This document shows positions 59,343 through 64,000 of a stretch of 64,000 bases of DNA, one piece after another. Made by a program: the position numbers and the translations under genes. The notes beneath the pieces were generated by a model, which saw only the letters and a list, made by a program, of their open reading frames with translations, did no database searches and was not told the origin of the DNA. Position 1 is the first letter of the stretch, and every line of letters begins with the position of its first letter. The stretch is from an uncultured Verrucomicrobiae bacterium. Lineage in GTDB: Bacteria; Verrucomicrobiota; Verrucomicrobiia; Limisphaerales; Palsa-1400. The stretch lies in the NCBI GenBank assembly GCA_963707025.1, contig CAVPOM010000014.1:160001-224000 (forward strand). The letters run 5' to 3'.

Positions 59343-60581
59343 ATGAAGACCTCCACCCAACGCCGCACCTGCCGTTTGTGCGACAGCCCGAACCTGGAGC
59401 TGGCCGTTCCGATCAAGCCCTCTCCGGTGGCCGACGCCTATGTCCCGGCCGATCGCCTGGGCGAGAAGCAGGAACTCTACGCGCTGGATTTGTATTTGTG
59501 CGCCGCTTGCGGTCATGTGCAATTGTTGGAAGTGGTTGACCCCGGCCTGTTGTTTGGCAATTACATTTACACCACTTCGATCTCAGCCGGATTGGTGGAG
59601 CATTTTCGCAAATATGCCGATCTCATCGTCCGCCGCTGCTCCTGCCGCCCCAATTCCCTGGCGGTGGACATCGGCAGCAACGACGGGACCCTCTTGCAGT
59701 TTTTCCAGGCTCACGGCCTGCGCGTGGTGGGGATTGATCCGGCCGCGCAAATCGCCCGCCAGGCCACCCAGGCCGGCGTGCCCACCATCCCGGCCTTTTT
59801 CGATCTGGAACTGGCCCGGCGCATCCGGCGGGAAAATGGCGCCGCGGCTCTCGTCACCGCCAACAATGTGTTCGCCCACTCCGACCGCCTGCCGGACATG
59901 GCCGAAGGCATCCGCGAACTGCTGGCCGAGGATGGCGTCTTCGTTTTCGAGGTTTCTTACCTCGCCGATATTCTGGAGAAAAAGCTTTTTGACACCGTTT
60001 ACCACGAACATCTCTGTTATCATTCCGTCAAGCCGCTCGCTGCCTTTTTCCACCGCCACGGCCTGGAATTCATTGACATCGAACGATTGCCGAATAAAGG
60101 CGGGTCCATCCGCGGCCTGGTGCAACGCCAGGGAGGGCCTCGTCCCATCGCGCCCATCGTCGCGGAGATGCTCCGGCTGGAAGAAAAAATGGGGCTGGCC
60201 AGGTTGCCCGTCTTCAAGGCCTTTGCCGCGGATCTGGAGCGGGTCAAATCCGGCTTGCTGCAACTGCTGGGAAAGCTCCAGAGCGACCGCGAGAAAATTG
60301 CGGGATTTGGAGCTTCCGCCACCGTGACCACCCTCATCTATAATTTTGAACTGGGCCCGTTCCTGAGTTTCCTGGTGGATGATAATGTGTCGCGACACGG
60401 AATGTTTAGTCCGGGGCATCACCTCCCCATTTTTCCGGCGGCGGCGTTGCGCGAGCAAAAAGCCGGGTATGCCATCCTGCTGGCCTGGCAGTATGCCGAA
60501 CCGATTCTCAAAAAGAACCAGGCTTTCACCGGCAGTGGCGGGCGTTTCATTGTTCCGCTGCCCGAGGTCAAAATAATTTAA
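59343..60581 (+). CDS. NDP-hexose C-methyltransferase
   Basis: CRLC...CAACGHVQ, DIGSNDG, ANNVFAH, FDTVYHEH, GGSIR, GFGA, LAWQY. Confidence 0.92.
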   Translation: MKTSTQRRTCRLCDSPNLELAVPIKPSPVADAYVPADRLGEKQELYALDLYLCAACGHVQLLEVVDPGLLFGNYIYTTSISAGLVEHFRKYADLIVRRCSCRPNSLAVDIGSNDGTLLQFFQAHGLRVVGIDPAAQIARQATQAGVPTIPAFFDLELARRIRRENGAAALVTANNVFAHSDRLPDMAEGIRELLAEDGVFVFEVSYLADILEKKLFDTVYHEHLCYHSVKPLAAFFHRHGLEFIDIERLPNKGGSIRGLVQRQGGPRPIAPIVAEMLRLEEKMGLARLPVFKAFAADLERVKSGLLQLLGKLQSDREKIAGFGASATVTTLIYNFELGPFLSFLVDDNVSRHGMFSPGHHLPIFPAAALREQKAGYAILLAWQYAEPILKKNQAFTGSGGRFIVPLPEVKII

Positions 60582-60709
60582 GCCTTTCTGCCGGGGTCAT
60601 GCGGACGGACCGGTGCAAGATGCGCCTCCCGCCTGTGGAGGAGAAAGATTCCGCTTCCATTTCTCCGTTGGAAAGCTACAATCCAGCCCGTCTCAACAAG
60701 CCAGGCGTT

Positions 60710-63700
60710 ATGAAACTAGAATTCAAAATCTTCCCTGATTCCATTGCTGTGATGGTGATTATTGGATTGGCCGCTCCGGGTCTGCTGGTGGCAACGGCCC
60801 GGGCCGGTCTGGGCTGCGACCCTCCGCCCTCTGGTTTGGTCAGTTGGTGGCAGGCGGAAAGCAATGCCCTGGACCGCGTCGGAGGGAACAACGGCACCCT
60901 GGTCAACGGCGCGGGCTACGCGGTCGGTGAAGTGGGAACCGCCTTTTCGTTCACCAACGCCCTGGCCGCCGTCCAAATCGGCAATGCCACCAATCTGCAA
61001 CTGCAAAGCTTCACCATTGAAGCATGGATTCAGCGCGGGAGCGCCAGCTCCGTCTCCTTCCCGGCCGACGCCGACGCCGAATTTTTCGGCTTTGGCACTC
61101 AGGGCTATGGGTTCGGCATCCACGGGCCCGATAGCGAAAATGGCAGCCAGGGCACCTTGTTTCTCACCGAAAATGACGTGGACGAAGTGGATACCGTCGC
61201 CAGTGTCACCGACACGAATTTCCACCACGTGGCCGTGACCAAATCGGGCTTCACCGTCGTGTTTTACGTGGATGGAGTGGCTTATCCCGCCGGAACCACG
61301 GGGGACACCTACCAATTTACCACCCCGGCGGCCATCGGGGCGCGCGGGGATGATTTGGCCGGCAGTTTTTACGGCTCGATTGATGAAATGTCCATCTACA
61401 ACCGCGGCCTGCTGGCTTCCGAGATCCAAGGCATCTTCAATGCGGGCGGTGCGGGCAAGTGCCCTGTCCCGGTCATCGTTACCCAGCCGGTCAGTCAAAC
61501 CGTTCCGGCCAGGCTCGCAGGTGCAGCTTTTCGTCGTGGCGCAGAGCAGCAACAGCTTGAGTTATCAGTGGATGCTGGACGGAACCAATTTGCCACCCGC
61601 CACCAATTCATCCCTGACGCTGACCAACGTGCAACTCGCCCAAGCCGGCAGCTACACCGTGGCGGTGAGCAACTCCTATGGCGCCGTGACCAGCGCCACC
61701 GCGGTTTTGACGGTCAACTTGACCCCTCCCTGCCTGCCGCCCGCCTCCGGTCTGACCCACTGGTGGCCGGGCGAGGGAGACGCCCTGGACGTGATCACAG
61801 GATCCAACGGCGTGATCAGCGGCGGGGTGACTTTTGTGCCCGGCATGGTCGGCCAGGCTTTCCACTTCAATGGCCTCAACGGCGCGGTTGCCCTCGGAAC
61901 CAACGCGGGTAATTTCGGGACCAACGACTTCACCATAGACTGCTGGCTCAACGACGACTATCAGGTCGGGAGCACAAATTCTGGCGCGACCGCGATGGCC
62001 CTTTTGGAAAAGCGGGTTTCCTGCGATGCCAACTCCAGTTTCCTGTGGATCGGCTTCGCCCAAGGGGGCTCCATCCCGGCGGGCACGGTCGGGATGGCCA
62101 TTACCACCGGTGGAACAGGAGTCGTCCCAGGCGTTCTCTCCCAACACGTTTTCAATGATGCGCAGTGGCATCACCTGGCCTTTGTCAGGCAAACCACCAA
62201 TCTCCTCTTTTACGCCGATGGCGCTCTGGACAGCTCGAACAACAGCCCGGCCGTCATCGTCATCTCCAACAATGTGTCTTTGACCTTGGGCACATCGGTC
62301 TGTGTTGGCGTGGATGGAACGGAGCCCCTCCTGGGGAGCGTGGACGAATTGGACTTGTGGAGCCGCGCCCTGGCCCCCGCGGAAATCGCGGCCATTTACA
62401 ACGCCGGCGCCGGCGGCAAATGCCTGGCTTTGTCCATTCCGGCCCAGCCCACCAACACCAGCACCGTTCTCGGCAATTCCGCCACGTTCATGGTCGAAGC
62501 GGAGGGCAGCGCCCCCTTGCTTTACCAATGGAGTTTCGACGCCACTAACCTTCCCGGAGCCACCAACAGTTCTTTGGTTTTGACCAATGTGCAATTGGCC
62601 CAGGCGGGTTCCTACTCCGTGACCGTGAGCAACCAGGGCAATGCCGTGACCAGTTCTACTGCCCTCCTGACGGTTAATCTTCCTCCCCCGTGCATTTCCG
62701 CGCCCTCCAACCTCATCGCCTGGTGGCGGGCCGAAGGCAACACCCTCGACGAGCTGGGCGGCATCAACGGCACGATCACCGGCAATGTCAGCTATGCCCC
62801 TGGTGAAGTTGGGCAGGGATTCTTGCTCGGTGGCATCGGCTCCTCTGTCAACCTGGGCACTCCCACCAATCTTCAACTCCAGACTTTCACCATCGAATCA
62901 TGGATTCAGCGCAGCAGCACCTCCATCGTCAGCCAGGATCCATACACGGGCGATGGCATGCTGCTGGGCTACGGCAACAACGGATACGGATTTTACCTCA
63001 CCGGCGCCGGCAGCCACTTGGCTCTCGGATGGGTCGGCAACAGCAGCCTCATTTCATCCGCGACGGTGACAGATACAAATCTTCATCATGTGGCCGTGAC
63101 GAAATCCGGCAGCACCGTGGTTTTTTATCTGGACGGGGTGGCTTTTAACGTCCCGGCCTACACTCCCACTTTTGCGTTTACCTCGCCGGTGGCCATCGGC
63201 GACCGCGGCGACAATGCGGGAAACAGCTTTTTGGGCCTGATTGATGAGATGGCCTTCTATAATCGCGCCCTGACGGCGGCGGAGATTCAATCCATTTACA
63301 ACGTCGGCAGTGCCGGCAAGTGCGCCATCGCTTATCCGCCCGTCCTGGTGTTTGTTCCGGCCAGCCAGAGCGTGCCGCTGCATGGCACGGCCAATTTGGT
63401 GGTTTCCGCCGCGGGCACCGTGCCTTTGTCTTACCAATGGAAATTGAACGGCACAAACCTGCCCGGAGCGACCGGCCCGGTGCTGACGCTGGCCAACCTT
63501 CAAATCAGCCAGGCCGGCAGCTATAGCGTGACCGTCTCCAACAGCGTCACCAGCATCACCAGCACCAATGCGGTGGTCACGCTCATCTATCCCACCGCTC
63601 CCATCAAAGTGGTCGCCACCAACGCTGTTGCCGGCAGCCTGGTCACGGTGCCGGTGACCCTGACGGCCAACGGCAACGAAAACTCCCTGGCGTTCAGTTT

Positions 63701-64000
63701 GAATTTCGCCCCCGCCGCCTTGACCTATGCCGGCATCACCCTGGGCAGCGGAGCCCCCGGGGTTCTCTCTCTGACAATACTAATTCTATCAGCGCCGGCC
63801 AGTTGGGCGTCGGCGTTTTCCTGCCCTACGGTTCCACCTTCGCCTCCGCCGCCGATGAGGTGGTGCGGGTGAATTTTCTCGCCGCCATCAACACCAATGC
63901 GTCCTCCGCCACGGCCATCACCTTTGGCAGCGTCCCGGTGCAGGAGCAACTGGCCGACCCTCTGTTCAACCTCCTCCCGGCCAGTTACACCGCTGGCACG
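60710..64000 (+). CDS. Large surface protein: 3x (LamG-like + Ig) then a cohesin-like domain; apparent frameshifts at ~61505 and ~63760; runs off the window
   Basis: C.PP.SGL..WW..E...HHVAVT...G.IDE..YNRAL...GKC LamG units; YQW..GTNL..AT..L.L.NVQ..QAGSY.V.VSN Ig units; VTVPVTLTANGNENSLAFSLNF cohesin-like start. Confidence 0.85.

Overview
GC-rich bacterial DNA, most consistent with Verrucomicrobiota (Pedosphaera/Limisphaerales-like). This is inferred from gene content and surface-protein modules, not from a marker gene. Layout: (1) 1-21.1 kb, surface-polysaccharide locus with GT-C-like membrane proteins, WecB/TagA, GT2/GT4, UDP-sugar dehydrogenase, Wzy/Wzx-like proteins, four SAM methyltransferases, an O-acetyltransferase and an O-antigen ligase-TPR protein. 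(2) yajQ, a zinc-ribbon protein and a VIT-vWA protein. (3) A ~5.9 kb integrase-less island (24985-30848) bracketed by duplicated 3' ends of both neighbouring genes, carrying a secreted clan-CD-like His/Cys protein, a partner gene, IS4 and IS3. (4) A Sel1 gene. (5) A ~19 kb MoxR-DUF58-BatA/vWA-vWA-DUF4175-like locus converging on four tandem, secreted prenyltransferase/squalene-cyclase-repeat paralogues. It is interrupted by a hexamer-repeat insert with a 16-bp duplication, a REP-flanked IS200-like transposase and a PadR pair. (6) S53 peptidase, PepSY-like repeat protein and tRNA-Pro(CGG). (7) An NDP-methyl-sugar operon. (8) The start of a LamG/Ig/cohesin surface protein. Seven apparent single-base frameshifts are probably assembly errors. 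All family assignments come from motif recognition by eye; no searches were run.
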